Shown: positions 24,518 through 37,009 of the stretch, piece after piece | How the letters are laid out: each line of letters starts with the position of its first letter | How positions within the stretch are numbered: the first letter of the stretch is position 1 | NCBI GenBank assembly: GCA_964016885.1 | Contig: OZ024742.1 | Location: forward strand, 238,886,001 to 238,950,000 | Source of the DNA: Eledone cirrhosa | Lineage: Eukaryota | Reading direction: 5' to 3' | Length of the DNA stretch: 64,000 nucleotides | Notes under the pieces: generated by a model | The model's database searches: none | The model's input: the letters and a program-made list of their open reading frames with translations, nothing else | Told to the model about the DNA's origin: nothing | Position numbers and translations under genes: made by a program

Positions 24518-24742
24518 TCACACCACTCCCTACTGTCTTAAATTTAGAAAACACATATCCTCTATGAGGTTACTAAACCTGTTAGAAACAGCAGCTAACT
24601 CTCCCCCATATCACACCACTCCCTACTGTCTTAAATTTAGAAAACACATATCCTCTATGAGGTCACTAAACCTGCTAGAAACAACAGCTAACTCTCCCTC
24701 ATATCACAACCCTCCCTACTGTCTTAAACTTAGAAAACACAC
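24518..24742 (+). repeat. ~93-bp tandem repeat (2.4 units), probably a SINE 3' segment
   Basis: TCACACCACTCCCTACTGTCTTAAATTTAGAAAACACA... recurs. A related sequence lies on the minus strand at ~26782-26870. Confidence 0.8.
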
Positions 24743-24997
24743 AGACAACCATGCAGAACAACTCCATCGCAGCTCTGTTGTTCGGCTGGCATCGTCTACG
24801 CGCGTGTTGCGCAAGTACTGTGAAACAATAAATTTCAACACTTTTGCACAGAGATAATATCCATAGGCGAAACTACAATTGTCACTGCTGGCGCAGCTCC
24901 TGCTTCCAGGTCTGCAATTCATTCACCCAGTGCCTGGCAGACAAAAAAGTGCTGCCATAAAATGGGTGGTGCAACCTAACTTTGGTAACTTAATGAC

Positions 24998-25025
24998 CCC
25001 GAGCAACGCCGGGCTTTAATGCTAG
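24998..25025 (+). mobile_element. Helitron 3' terminus
   Basis: Hairpin CCCGAGCAACGCCGGG, 8 nt, then CTAG|T. 5' end not located. Confidence 0.65.
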
Positions 25026-25091
25026 TTAAAAATAAAATTAGAATTATATTTCTCGCCCTAGCACAGCTGATACTGATACATAAATGTAAGT

Positions 25092-25174
<83 letters not shown>

Positions 25175-25200
25175 CATACATACATACATACATACATACA

Positions 25201-25232
<32 letters not shown>

Positions 25233-26972
25233 CATATACATATGTACGCTTTATAAAAGCTAACGCAATATTGTTAAACATTCAACTGATACTTTGATCT
25301 ATAGTTTAAGCTGAATCTAGACTTTTGTGGGACGTCTCTCTCTCTCCCTCTCCTTCTGTCTGTCTGTCTCTCTCTCTCTCGCTCTCTCTCTCCCTCTGTC
25401 TGTCTGTCTCTCTTTCTCTCTCTCTCACTCGATGTGTGTGTGTGTTCGTTATGTCAGTCGTCACAGAAATGTATGTATACTCACACAGAGATACACTCTA
25501 AGATACACTCACACACGTATGTATATACGTGTGTAGAAATGTGCGCTTGATTCTCTGTGAGTGAAGATAATGTGTATGCAACTTACTAAGGCCTAACGTA
25601 CGTAACGTACGCGCAAACACACACACACTCACAGACATATACACACTCATATACAAAATGTGACGTCGTCGTGTTATAAAATGTCGTTTATTATAGTTGA
25701 CTATAGAAAGATTATTTCAGATAAAATGTTATATTCTTTTAATCCAAATGAAAATAAAAATTACGTTTTCGCTCTGACATAAGTATGTGAATTTCGTATA
25801 TACGGCATGTTTATGAATAAACAAACATTTGGAAATCCTTCTAGCTATACCTATTGCACCACAATACCATATTTTATCATTCCCACGAAGTTGCCAATGG
25901 CGGGATTTGAAATCAAAACGAATGCAATGGGGCTCAACTAAACTCCTTTTGTCTGACACTAACGATTCTGCCTCCCTACTTCAATAGAGTTCATACAATA
26001 AATAAATTATAGCGTTTAATCATAAGGATTATGAACTAATCATGACCAACAATACAAACAGCAATAAAACCATTGCCCACCAGTGTAAAGAAATAATAAA
26101 AGAGCTGTGTTAGTACATTTTCAGTTGTGTAAATATATCTTAGTGATTTATCAAACTAGTAAACTGGTCTTCTTTATTGTTGTTAAGTTGACCATTCGTG
26201 TCTTCAAAAGGAGGAGCGGTCTTTCTGAGAGTGTATCAATAGCTTTTTTATTTTTTCACATATTTCTCTAACGTTACCAGTAAAAGTATCTGAGAGGTAC
26301 AACAGGCCAAAAGGAAGATAGGGGCTTGATTTCTATCAGCTGCTGTGATTTCTAAAAGCTGCTATTAAAAAAAAATGAATAAGCATATAATGATAGTAAG
26401 TGAAATATTACAAAATGTAGGAGGACACATTTTCCATATAAAATTTTCCTTAATTCCATTTTACTTTTGATAAATTCCGTTTTTTTTTTTAATCTATTTA
26501 CCATCGGTAAATTGCAATAAATTGTATTATAGATTTTATTAAAACAGGGAAAACAAAATTGTTCTGCCGCGAACCGCGTGTTGTTATCGTTGTCCCTGCA
26601 GAGATTATTATATTTCTGTTGAAATAACATACTTATGTCAACCCTTAGCATTTCCAGTTAACAGTAACATAATCACCCAAAGCGGTGGACGAAATGATTT
26701 ACGGCATTTATTCGGCCATGGTGGAGTGGAGCAGTGTTCAAAAGGTTGGGAACCACCGAACTACATTATCTAAATTTTTCATTTTTTTAATGATAGTAGG
26801 GGATGGTTTGATGGCGGTTTGGCTACTATTTCTAACAAGTCGGGTGACAACATAGAGGCTTCCTCGCTGGCTCATACCTGTTATTGTTCATTTTGTTGCT
26901 GCAACTGTTATTGTTTGTTGTATTTTGTTATATGTAATAAAGTAGTATTGTTGCAACTTCATGTTATTATTA

Positions 26973-29900
26973 TCTAAACAAACACAAGTACAAATAAACA
27001 CACAAATACCTGAAATTGCAGACACCACACCTACAACAAACATAGACATACCCGAAACAACACCACCAAAACCATCGCCACCACCTTCACCAAAACGAAA
27101 ACAAATAAAACCACACCAACAAAATGTTAAAAACTTCGTGCTTGTCAGAAGGGCCAACGATAAACTGATGGCCCTCTTAGCGCGAAGCGAGGACATTCAA
27201 ACAGAGGGGGAGATTTTTGAAATGAGCACATTTTGCGTGCCAGAAGATTTGCTTCTGGTCCAAATGTCACTCAATTCCTTCAAAGAAATTCGAGAGAGCT
27301 TTCCTCAAGACGTGGGAACCCCGAATGTGAAACCCACATCAAGACTTTTAAAGGGGTTCCCCAAAGAAACCCCACCAACCATGGAGGTCGAACCACCCGA
27401 CCTTCACAAGACCCGGGAGGTAAGTAAACCTTCCCTCTCTCTCTCTTACCTTACCAATATGGCCATATTAAGGGTAGGAAGTTTAAATGTTCGCGGCCTG
27501 GGGTCACCCTGGAAGCAGGGTCGCCTGCTCAACGACCTCCGGTCGCTGGAAATGGATGTGATTGCCGTAAGCAAGACCAGAATTTCCGACAGGCACGCAC
27601 TAGCCCCCATTTTCGACGACTATCAGATCTTCGCATCTGTTAGCAGGCCGAGAATGAGGGGTGGGGTGGAAGTGCTGTTTAGGAAAGGACTGGATCTCGA
27701 GGTAAGGTGGATCTTCCGGGATCCGGACGGTAAGTTGGTGGTTTTGGATATGAGCAGTAGCGAAGATGGTGCCTTTAGACTGCTGGCCGGACGACCTGAC
27801 TTCTTTAGGCGCCTGGAGACCTTTCTGGGTACGTCTCGCCCTTTACTGTTAGCGGGGGACTGGAATGGCATCTTAGACGCACGCTGGGGTTGTGTGGGAG
27901 TAGCCGATAGGAGCGGGGGGGGGGGGGTGCAAAAGCCTCAAGCACCTACTCAGCCAGTTCCAACTGTCTGACAGGTATCGACTAGATTTCCCCAATGTGC
28001 CAGTATGGACATGGACCAACCGAATGGGGTCATCTAGATCGTATATAGACAGGATCTTCATTAGGAAAATAGATAGAAATAGTGTGGGCTGTCCACTTTT
28101 TAAAACGGTCGCCTATTCAGATCACAAATTTGTGATCTGTACGGTCGACCTAAATAAAACGCGTAGGTTAGGACCGGGTTACTGGAATCTGAACATGTCA
28201 TTTCCGGCACGTAAGGCTTACAGGGACCGAGTCAACAATTTAGTTAAGCAAAAGTTGACAGGGGGGATCATCAACAACAGATGGTGGGGGGCTCTCAAAA
28301 GAGAGATTAGAGTAACTTCGATAGAGTTCAGCAAAGAACTAGCGTTAGAGAAAAATAGAAAAGAGAGGGAGCTGGTAGATAAGTTAGACGAGGCTATTTG
28401 TAGTGGCATCGCAACTGACGTGCTAGCGGCGAGAATGGCATTAGACCATTTCTTCAATGCCAAACACGAAGGTTGCATTGTCAGAGCTAAGGCGCGTGCG
28501 CTGAGAAACGAGGGAACTAAAGCTGTTCGATGGGCCCGCGTGGCGGAGGCGCAGCGTGGTAATAAAACCACAATTCGGTCTTTGGCGGACCGAGACGGAC
28601 ACGAGATAAGCGATTCCAAACGGATGTGTGAGGCCTTTCGCCAGCACTTTGCTCGGTTGTTCAGGGAGAGTGGCGAGTCAGAGAGAGTAGCGGATTTCAG
28701 TCCCGACCTTGACGGCTTGCCGCGCATCTCGACGGTCGACGCTGAGCGCTGCGAAAGGCCGATTACTTCAGCCGAAATTCAGGACACCCTTGTCGGCTGC
28801 ATGAGGCGCAAGTCACCCGGTTTGGATGGCCTGCCCTACGAGCTTTACGTAAATATGCCAGACTTGTTCTCCGAACTCCTCGAAGCACTCTACTGCAACT
28901 GGCAGCAGAATGGGAGTATTCCCAGTTCTGCGAGCAGGGGAGTGGTGACGCTGATAAGGAAAGACGAGAACAAGAGGGATACATTAGACAACTTCAGGCC
29001 CATAACTCTGCTCAACACAGAGTTTAAGATTTTGGCCAAGGTGTTAGAAAAGAGATTGGCGCTTGTCGTCGAGGATTTGGTTGGGGAGGCGCAAACTTGC
29101 GCAATCCCAGCCAGGTCCATACACGACAATCTCCACTTCATGCGATACATCATAGAGAGGGTAGGGTTTAAATCTGGCTTCGGTGGGGCACTGATCAATT
29201 TAGATCAATCGAAAGCATTCGATAGGGTCGACCATCGGTATCTGGAGTTTGTCTTCAAAGCAGCTGGCTTCGGCCCTGTCTTTAGAAGCTGGATCGTTGC
29301 AATGCACAGCGGCACACGCTCGGTGGTCAAGGTTAAGGGCCACCTCTCGGAACCATTTCGGCTCTCCCGATCGGTCCGTCAAGGGTGCCCTCTCTCTTCC
29401 CTTCTGTACGTATTGACTCTCGAGCCTTTACTGCGGAAGCTGGAGCTGTTGCAGGGCATCCCGCTCGAACCGGGACGTGGAAAGGCTTATGCGGACGACA
29501 TCACCGTGATGGTGTCGAACACCTCAGAAATCGAGGTGGTCGGCACCTTATTGAAGGAATATGAAAGGTTGACAGGAGCCAAACTTAACCCGGAAAAGTC
29601 GGTGGGCTTGCAGCTCGGAACCTGGAGAGGCAAGCCCATGCCGTCCAACAGCGTCGTGGGGCGCTGGACGGACGGACCGGTAAAGTTGCTCGGGGTTTGG
29701 TTCAGACCAGACCTCCAGGTGGAAAAGAATTGTGACGAGGTTACGAACAGAGTAGCCAGTCTCACCCAAAAATGGACTGGGAGGAAGCTATCACTGAAAG
29801 GTCGCGTGGAGGTGGCGAATGCGTACATCGCGTCCGTCATCTACTACCGCCTAACCGTCGTGCCTTGCCCTCGTCCGCGCCTCGTCAAGTTGGAACGGCT

Positions 29901-31000
29901 CCTCTTCAAATTCTTGTGGAGGGGACAAGTTTATCAGACGGGCCTTTCCGCAGCTCATTTCTTTGACTGAGCTGCAGTCCTGGGTCAAGAAGAGACCGAG
30001 ACTGGGTGACTGGCACCTGGAATGTTGCCAGGCACTCACTCCCCTCTATCAAGCGGGCAATGCGATCAGTGGAACTTCCACTCTCGAGTTCTATAAAGGA
30101 TTAGTGGTGGGAAAGTGCGATGACGCACTCGGAGAAGCTTTGGGCCTCGACGAAGTCGAACTGACCAGTCTGTACCGGAGGACTTTTGAGCCGGGGACGA
30201 TGGACAATTTCCAGAAATCCCTCGCTTGGCAGTGCTACCGGGGGGCACTGCCGGTTCGGGATAAACTCTACAGGCACGGAAGTGCTGTCAGACGGACCTG
30301 CCCAAGATGCGCACAGAACGACGAAACCGTTCTGCACGCACTTGTCCAATGTCCATGCATTACTGACTTGTGGAGTTATGTCGAACAGCTACTGTCGCGT
30401 GTGGAACGAATCCGGCTATCGGCCGAGCCCATAGTGAAGATCGAGCCGCCACCTTCCTTAGGTCAGGAAGAGCAGGACATTTTCCTCTGTCTGGTGGCAG
30501 TTGCGAAAGAGATTATATGGTGGACCAGGTTGAAAGGACTAAAGACAGACACTTTTCTCTTCGGCCAATCCCTCATCAACTTCTTCAAGTTTCACCTGGA
30601 AAGGAGGGTGAGGGTGGAGAGAGAAGTGCTGCCCCCCAGTACATTTTCTAAAAGGTGGGTGAATGTGGCGAGAATGGCTCGTGTGAATGGGCCTACTCTG
30701 ACCATGCGCCTATAGGCTGGCTAACTTGAGGAGAGGGGTGCTCTCCTGGGTGCCCTAGAAGCGTAGGGTGGTTCAGGATTGGTGGGATACTCGAATCACC
30801 CCAGGGTTGTCTACCCCCTATTGGGGAATTTATTTTGTTATATTTATGCATAGTTTATTTTAAATTTTTATATTTTCATTGTTAAATTAGTCTTGCCATT
30901 GTGCACTTTTACTCGACCTTATTGTAAACCCCCACTGTCCCTGTCCTTGTATTGTCCCCTACATGTCGGCCCTTGTGGCTAATAAATGAAATCATTATTA
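26973..31000 (+). mobile_element. Tx1-clade LINE, 5'-truncated within ORF1
   Basis: ORF1 C-terminus, APE endonuclease (SLNVRGL, GDWN, IDR, SDH), RT (PGLDG, FRPITLLN, DQSKAFD, QGCPLS, YADD), zinc finger CPRC..H....C. Frameshifts near 27920 and 29930. Tail AATAAATGAAATC(ATT)n; TTATTATTAT at the 5' flank. Confidence 0.93.
27459..30715 (+). pseudogene. ORF2 (APE-RT-zinc finger), disrupted
   Basis: ORFs 26961-27971 (from MAILRV), 27997-29970 and 29963-30715. ~140-nt deletion at ~29930 relative to the 49141-50789 copy. Confidence 0.92.
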
Positions 31001-31016
31001 TGATAAATCATTATTA

Positions 31017-31085
31017 TGATAAAGTACCAGTAATGCACTGGGTAATTGCTGGCCTTGTGCCTAAAGTAGAAACAATTATTATGAT
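31017..31085 (+). mobile_element. 3' fragment of SINE (10589 family) fused to LINE tail
   Basis: ATAAAGTACCAGTAATGCACTGGGTAATTGCTGGCCTTGTGCCTAAAGTAGAAACAATTATT. Confidence 0.9.
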
Positions 31086-31521
31086 TATTGCTGCTTTATA
31101 TGTTGTTGGTGATCAACCCTGATTGAGAAGACCTGCAATGACAATCCCACCTTTTAAAGGGTGTGTAGAACTGATTATCTAATATAGGATTGTCCAAACT
31201 ATAGCTCGCGGGCGCCATGGAATTCGCCCACCTACCATATACATTGTCTGGTTGCACTGAGATAGATAATCAAAATAATGTTTATATTTCGAGACTCAAA
31301 AGGTTTTGTAATAAACATATAGTTGTTTTAATTTATTGGGAAATATAGGCACTACTTCACAATAGGGGTCCCATCGATTTGCTTTCACTATGGAACACAT
31401 GCTTTAATTATTTGTTCATTATAAAATATTTTTCCTTCTTTAGCGGACATAATGAATCTGCACTTAAAATATTAAAATATAGAACTGTACTAGACATATT
31501 TTCTTGACAGAAGCGTTAGAG

Positions 31522-31841
31522 CAGGGGTGTGCATCATATTCCATTGGCGGGCCACTTTTGAACATTGGAACAACTATTAGGGCTGTCAAAAATATGTAAT
31601 CTAATGAAAACCAGTGATTTGAGTCATAAATACATTGTGAATACATTTTTAAACAATAAAGACAAATAAAATATAATTTAGTTTTATTAATGTGAGACAT
31701 GGTACTTGGTATAGATCAACTAATAGAAAATTGTATTACGGTTACGAAGAAAATTCTAAATAAGCCAAAAAGGTAAAAATTAAAAACGGTAATCGCAGGC
31801 CACTCTGATTGGTCTGGCGGGCCGCCCGTTGCACGCCCCTG
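31522..31841. mobile_element. 320-bp hAT (Charlie-like) MITE
   Basis: TIRs CAGGGGTGTGCA / TGCACGCCCCTG. 8-bp TSD CGTTAGAG (31514-31521, 31842-31849). Confidence 0.9.
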
Positions 31842-32302
31842 CGTTAGAGTGTCGGATGAAATACTTCTCGGGATTTATTCTAAGTTCAAATCCCAATGAA
31901 GTCATCTTTGCTTTTTATCTTTGCAGATCTGGTTTAGAGCAGAGGAGGTCTGAATCGATAGAGCGTTTGATAGGATGGATGCCTGGCAGTATTCATTCCA
32001 GCTTTTTTGCGTCCTGAGATCAAATCCCACAGCGGTCTACTTGGTTGGTAGATGTACTCAACTGCACGTTTTAACACCTCCACCTGATCCTTAGGTGTTT
32101 TAACGGACCCCATTCTGTTGCAAGCATTCGAGCTAGACATTCGAGTTGAGAACACCTCCCTCCCACCGGTTTTGAATGACCATGAAAAATAGTTGTGGGA
32201 ACTAATCTCCCTCCAAACTAAGCGACAGAAGCGTTCGTTTTTTAATACTAACGAACATCAGACGGTGAAAGCACGTGGTCCAGTGGTTAGGATACATTCA
32301 AA

Positions 32303-35300
32303 ATTTCAGATATTCAGGACGTATCGGAAGGTTCTTGCTGTTTCCAGCAAGCATGCCTTTTGAAGTGTTCCAAAAAAGGGGGATGTACTAATGCTTTTTA
32401 ACCACCATTGAAAACTCTTGAGATAGTAGCTAGTGCTCCTATGACAATCGGGACGACCTTGATCTCATGACAATCCCAAATCCTTTTTAATTCCCACTTT
32501 CAATCCTGGTATCGGTTAATTTTCTCCTCTTGTGTCAAAGGAGCAGGCTACATCTACAATCAGGCACGATCTTTTTTCCTTCTCAAAAACCACCATGCCA
32601 GGCCTATTGTGTTCTAATTTCTTGTCTGTCTGTATCCTGAAATCCCATTGCACCTTCACTCGGTCGTTTTCTATCACCGACTCTGGCTTATGCTCATACC
32701 ACTTCTCAGGATGTGGTAAATTATTTAGTTTGCATAATTGCCAGTGAATCCCCTTTCCTGTTATATTGTGCCTCCATCCTTTATAGTGAGTCTAGGATAC
32801 GTGTTCACACTCGGATACGACGTGAGCCACAGATCCTACAGAGTGGGATTGCCTCTTCTTTGCCAATATGGTGTTTCACCCACTTCGTTCTGAGGGCTTG
32901 CTCTTGTGCAGCCAGTAGCATTCCCTCTGTAGCTTTTTTAAGGTCTCCTCTTTTTAACCAGCTCCATGTCTATAGATCTCTGAATTCCGTTTTCTTAAAA
33001 AAGGTGATATGAAGAACTTTTTCATGAAAGCTACTCTTCCTCTTTGTTGTTACTTCCTCCTTGGACATCCCCTGGTCTATTGTCTTCTCCTTCAGTACAA
33101 CTTTGAGCATCGGCTCCTTACTCTCAGACACATATTTACGCAGACCGCTCTTCTTCGTCTGAACACAGTCGTCTACGTTGATAAGACATCTTCCACCTTC
33201 AGATCTCTTTAAGTAGAGTCTATCAACATCACTTTTCTTGTGGAACATGCTGTAGGTAGTTATTAGCTTCCTAGTCTTTCTATCCATTTCTTTTTGTTCA
33301 GTAACATTCCATTTCAGAATTCCCGCACTGTACATAATAATAGACACAGATCGCGAATTTATTGCACTTAATACATTTTATTATTTAGATGTGATTTTAG
33401 TATGTTCCTTACTCTCCTTATGATTTCAGATCTTATAAATTCCTTCATTTTATTGTTCTTGATGCCATCTGCCTCCAGAACCCCCAAATATCTGCATCCC
33501 CTTTCAGTGTCGATTTCCTTTATCATCTCACCTGTTGGTACCTGGATTCCGTTGCTTCTGTTCAATTTACCCCCTCTTCATCACTGGGACTTCACACTTT
33601 TTAACACCAAATTCCATACATATATCATTGCTGAAAATACGGACAGAGTTAACAAGTACATCCAACTCTTCGCTTTTCACAATGAGTTTTAGATCGTCCA
33701 TGAAGTGGGGTGGCTGATGGTAAGCTCTCCTCTTCCCAACTTGTACCCTGCTTTCACTTTTCGCAATATGAGCGACAATGTTATGAGGGTAAGGAGAAAC
33801 AACAAAAAGGACAATCCTTCAGTACAACTTTGAGCATCGGCTCCTTACTCTCAGACACATATTTATGCAGACCGCTCTTCTTCGTCCTCTCTTGATCTTC
33901 ACTAATCCCAAGGATTCTCCACCTGATGTTAGCTGTCTCCCAGGACTTCATACTATTACTTAATAGCTGTCTGATGTTGTCTGCCATCTTGAAGATCTCT
34001 AGGCTTTTGGTTATCCAAGAGTGAGGAACCATGTTGAATGCCTTTTTGTAGTCTCTCTATCCCACAGCAAGACCAGTATGCCTCCTCTTGCAATTCCTTA
34101 TTACCATCTTGTCAATAAGTAACTGGTCTTTTGTACCACGGGACTTCTTTCGGCATCCTTTCTGTTTGTCCAGCAATAAGTTGTTTATGTGGAGGTGATA
34201 GTAAATTTCCTCAGAAACAATGCTTGTTAGTAATTCCCACATTAAGGACAGACATCATTACCCTGATTCGGTCTTTCATTACCAGAACTGTGGCACTTTT
34301 TGCCAACCACTTTGGTACTTCACGCGACAGCAAGCAACCATTGAACATGACTGTCAGTTTTCGATGGAGAGACGTTACATTTTTTATCCAATATCCTTGC
34401 ACACCATCTGGGCCTAGTGATGTCTAGTCGGATAGTTTATTGATCTGTTTTTTAAGAGTTTCAACCGAGATACTCAAATCAGGTTGTTGGTGTTCTTGTT
34501 CACTAGCCCCCTTTTTAACTGTCTCAATCCACACTACCTGACTATTATGTTGAACATCCTCCTCCCATATTCCTCTCCAAAATGCGTTGGTCTGTTCAGC
34601 TTCAGGGATCGCATCGTTACCAGTTTCTCTCCTTTCAAGCTGTTCAAATAACATCTTCTAGTTGTTGTCAAACATGCGGTTCTATCTATACCACTAACTC
34701 TGTTCTTATATCGTTTAATCTTTGCACTTTTTGCTATAACGCGTTGCTTAAGTTCCTCTTTGATAACATTTAGCTCTTCTCCCTTAGTGTTGTATTATAT
34801 TTTCAATCTATCCTTAGTGTCTATGTTTTGTAATGTCCCGTTTAGTAAAGACTCAATCTTTCCAATGTCTTTTCTCATTTCCTTCATTTGATCTTTCAGT
34901 CGTTTCTTCCACCAAGGCTCTGTTGTTTCTTGTTTGTTATTTCCTCTCGTTTTTATACCAAGCAATTTTTCTCACCACATTTTCGGTTGCTTTGAGGATG
35001 TTGTTGCATTGGTGAAGGTTCTTCGCCTCAAGGTATGGGTTGACTCTGTTTACCTTAGCTGTCACTAACTTTTTTTCTGTCTACAAATCTTAGGTTCACA
35101 GGTTTTCCACTATCATTGTTAACTTCATCAACCACTAAGTTCAGAATATCAACAAAATCTTGCCCTAGCCAGTCAGCATTCATTTCCTCAAAGGCCGTGT
35201 CTTCATTCCAGATGTTATTTATTTCAGCATTCAGGTCATTGTCTGCTTCGGTTGCTTCCTGAGGTCTCTCAACCACTTCACCCTCATTTCCTACTGGTTC

Positions 35301-35720
35301 ATTTGCCTGATATACTTCACTTTCCATTTCCAACTTAAGCTCTTCGCTCAGTTCCTCCAGTTACGACTCGCTTATCCATCCATTAGTTCTTATTACAAGA
35401 GCCTGACCCGCTAAATTGTGTTCACCTAATTTAGATAGACCAACCTCATTTCAGATTTTATTCATCCGTTTCCTTTTGCCTTTTTTTTCATGGGATAACT
35501 CTACGGGTAACATTTCATGACAGTTTTATTCTTTCGTCCAGTTGGTTCTTGCCTCATTCCTTCCTTCAGCACCAGCAGTATTTGGATGACAGCCAGGTCT
35601 CTGCTGCTGGGCCAGGGAGAATTTCCTGGGTGAGAGCCTTTTACATGAAGTTCCAGCCACTTTTTCACCGTTATTTGAACTATTTAGGTTCGACATTTAA
35701 ACACTCATATTAGAAGATTA
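32303..35720 (-). mobile_element. R4/Dong-clade non-LTR retrotransposon, near full length, heavily mutated
   Basis: Fragments colinear with 40283-43452 (MEMESEVYQANEPVGNEG, QKGCRKKSRGTKDQLLIDK, MVPHSWI, MDRKTRK, RYVLNI*). It extends further 5', with ATT repeats at the 5' flank. Confidence 0.9.
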
Positions 35721-35856
35721 GTAGAAACAATTATTATTATCAACATCATTATTATTAACAATAAATCATTATTACTGTCATTTTCATTTTTCAGTGATAG
35801 TGGAGGTGGTGGTGGTGGTGGTGATGGAGTGGTGGGTGTCATTGTAACTGTTTGAA

Positions 35857-37005
35857 TTATTATTATTATTGTGTTATATCGTTTAGCTCAGTTCTGTTTC
35901 TCTATTGCCGGGTTCAGGCCTTGAACCTAGGGCAATAGATGTTTTCATTGTAGAGAGAGAAATTGCCAGAGAATGTGTGCTGTTCCTAGTAGTCTGATCT
36001 TCTGTAGCTCATATTTGCTGATGTTGCAGGGAAGGACGCTAGGGTGCAGGTCTGAGGATTTGGGTATTAATCCTAATGCTCCTATTACCACAGGGATAGT
36101 GTTTATGGTCATTTTCCACATGCGGTTGATCTCTATTGCCAGGTCTTTGTATTTTGACAGTTTTCCATTGTTTTTATTGATGTATTCTTGTCAGCAGGTA
36201 CAGAAATATCAATAAGGCTATATGTCCAATCTGTTTTGTTATTTACGATGATATCTGGTCTGTTGGCAGCGATTTCTCGGTCGGTTATCACAGACATATC
36301 CCACAAGATGGATATGTTGCCTTTTTCCATGACTGTTTTTGATTGATGTTCATACCATTTGTTAGAAGTTTAGATGTCATGAGAGCGGCAGAGCATCCAG
36401 TGCACATATTTGGCAATGCGATTGTGTCTTTTGATATAGTCAGTTTTTTGCCAGCTCTGGATACCCGGAGATAACATGATTTGCCGTTTTTTCATGTTTA
36501 TAGTATATTTTGCATAGAGGGCTAGTCCCATCTTTCACTATTCTGTGTGTATAGGCCCGAGTGTTTAGAGATTGGTATTGTGCAGCTACTAAGAGTCACT
36601 CATTCTCTGCTTTCAAACCAGCACTTCTGAGTCAGGATAGTGAGACATGCTGAGTGATATCATTGTCAGAAAGTCGTTCTGGGAAGCTACCATGTAGTGG
36701 TTTTGCTTTCCATTCACGGTTTAGTTCCTCTGTTTGGAGTTTCTTTGCTTTAATCTTCACAGTCATAGCTAGCTGTGCAGCACTCTGTTGTTGATTTTCT
36801 ATGGGTATGTCTTGTTCCATGTTCAGTTTTTGCCGAAATTTTCTTGCCTCTTTTGTTATGGAGTGTAGTTTCTTAATTCATTTATGCTTGAGTACAGGCT
36901 TAAGGATTTCAGCTCGGGTGTGGTGGAGGTAGCTATCCATCCAAGCGTTGCTATTTTGTATGTAGCTTCCAGTTGTCGGAGCCCCCTTCCACTTTCTCTC
37001 CTTGA
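35857..37005 (-). mobile_element. R4/Dong-clade element (second family), 3' part with restriction-like endonuclease
   Basis: WKAKPLHG, AAQYQSLNTR, RHNRIAKYVHW, ILWDMSVITDREIAANRPDII..LIDISVP, IPVVIGALG, LLGTAHIL. Ends in (TAA)n. Confidence 0.88.
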
Positions 37006-37009
37006 ACAT

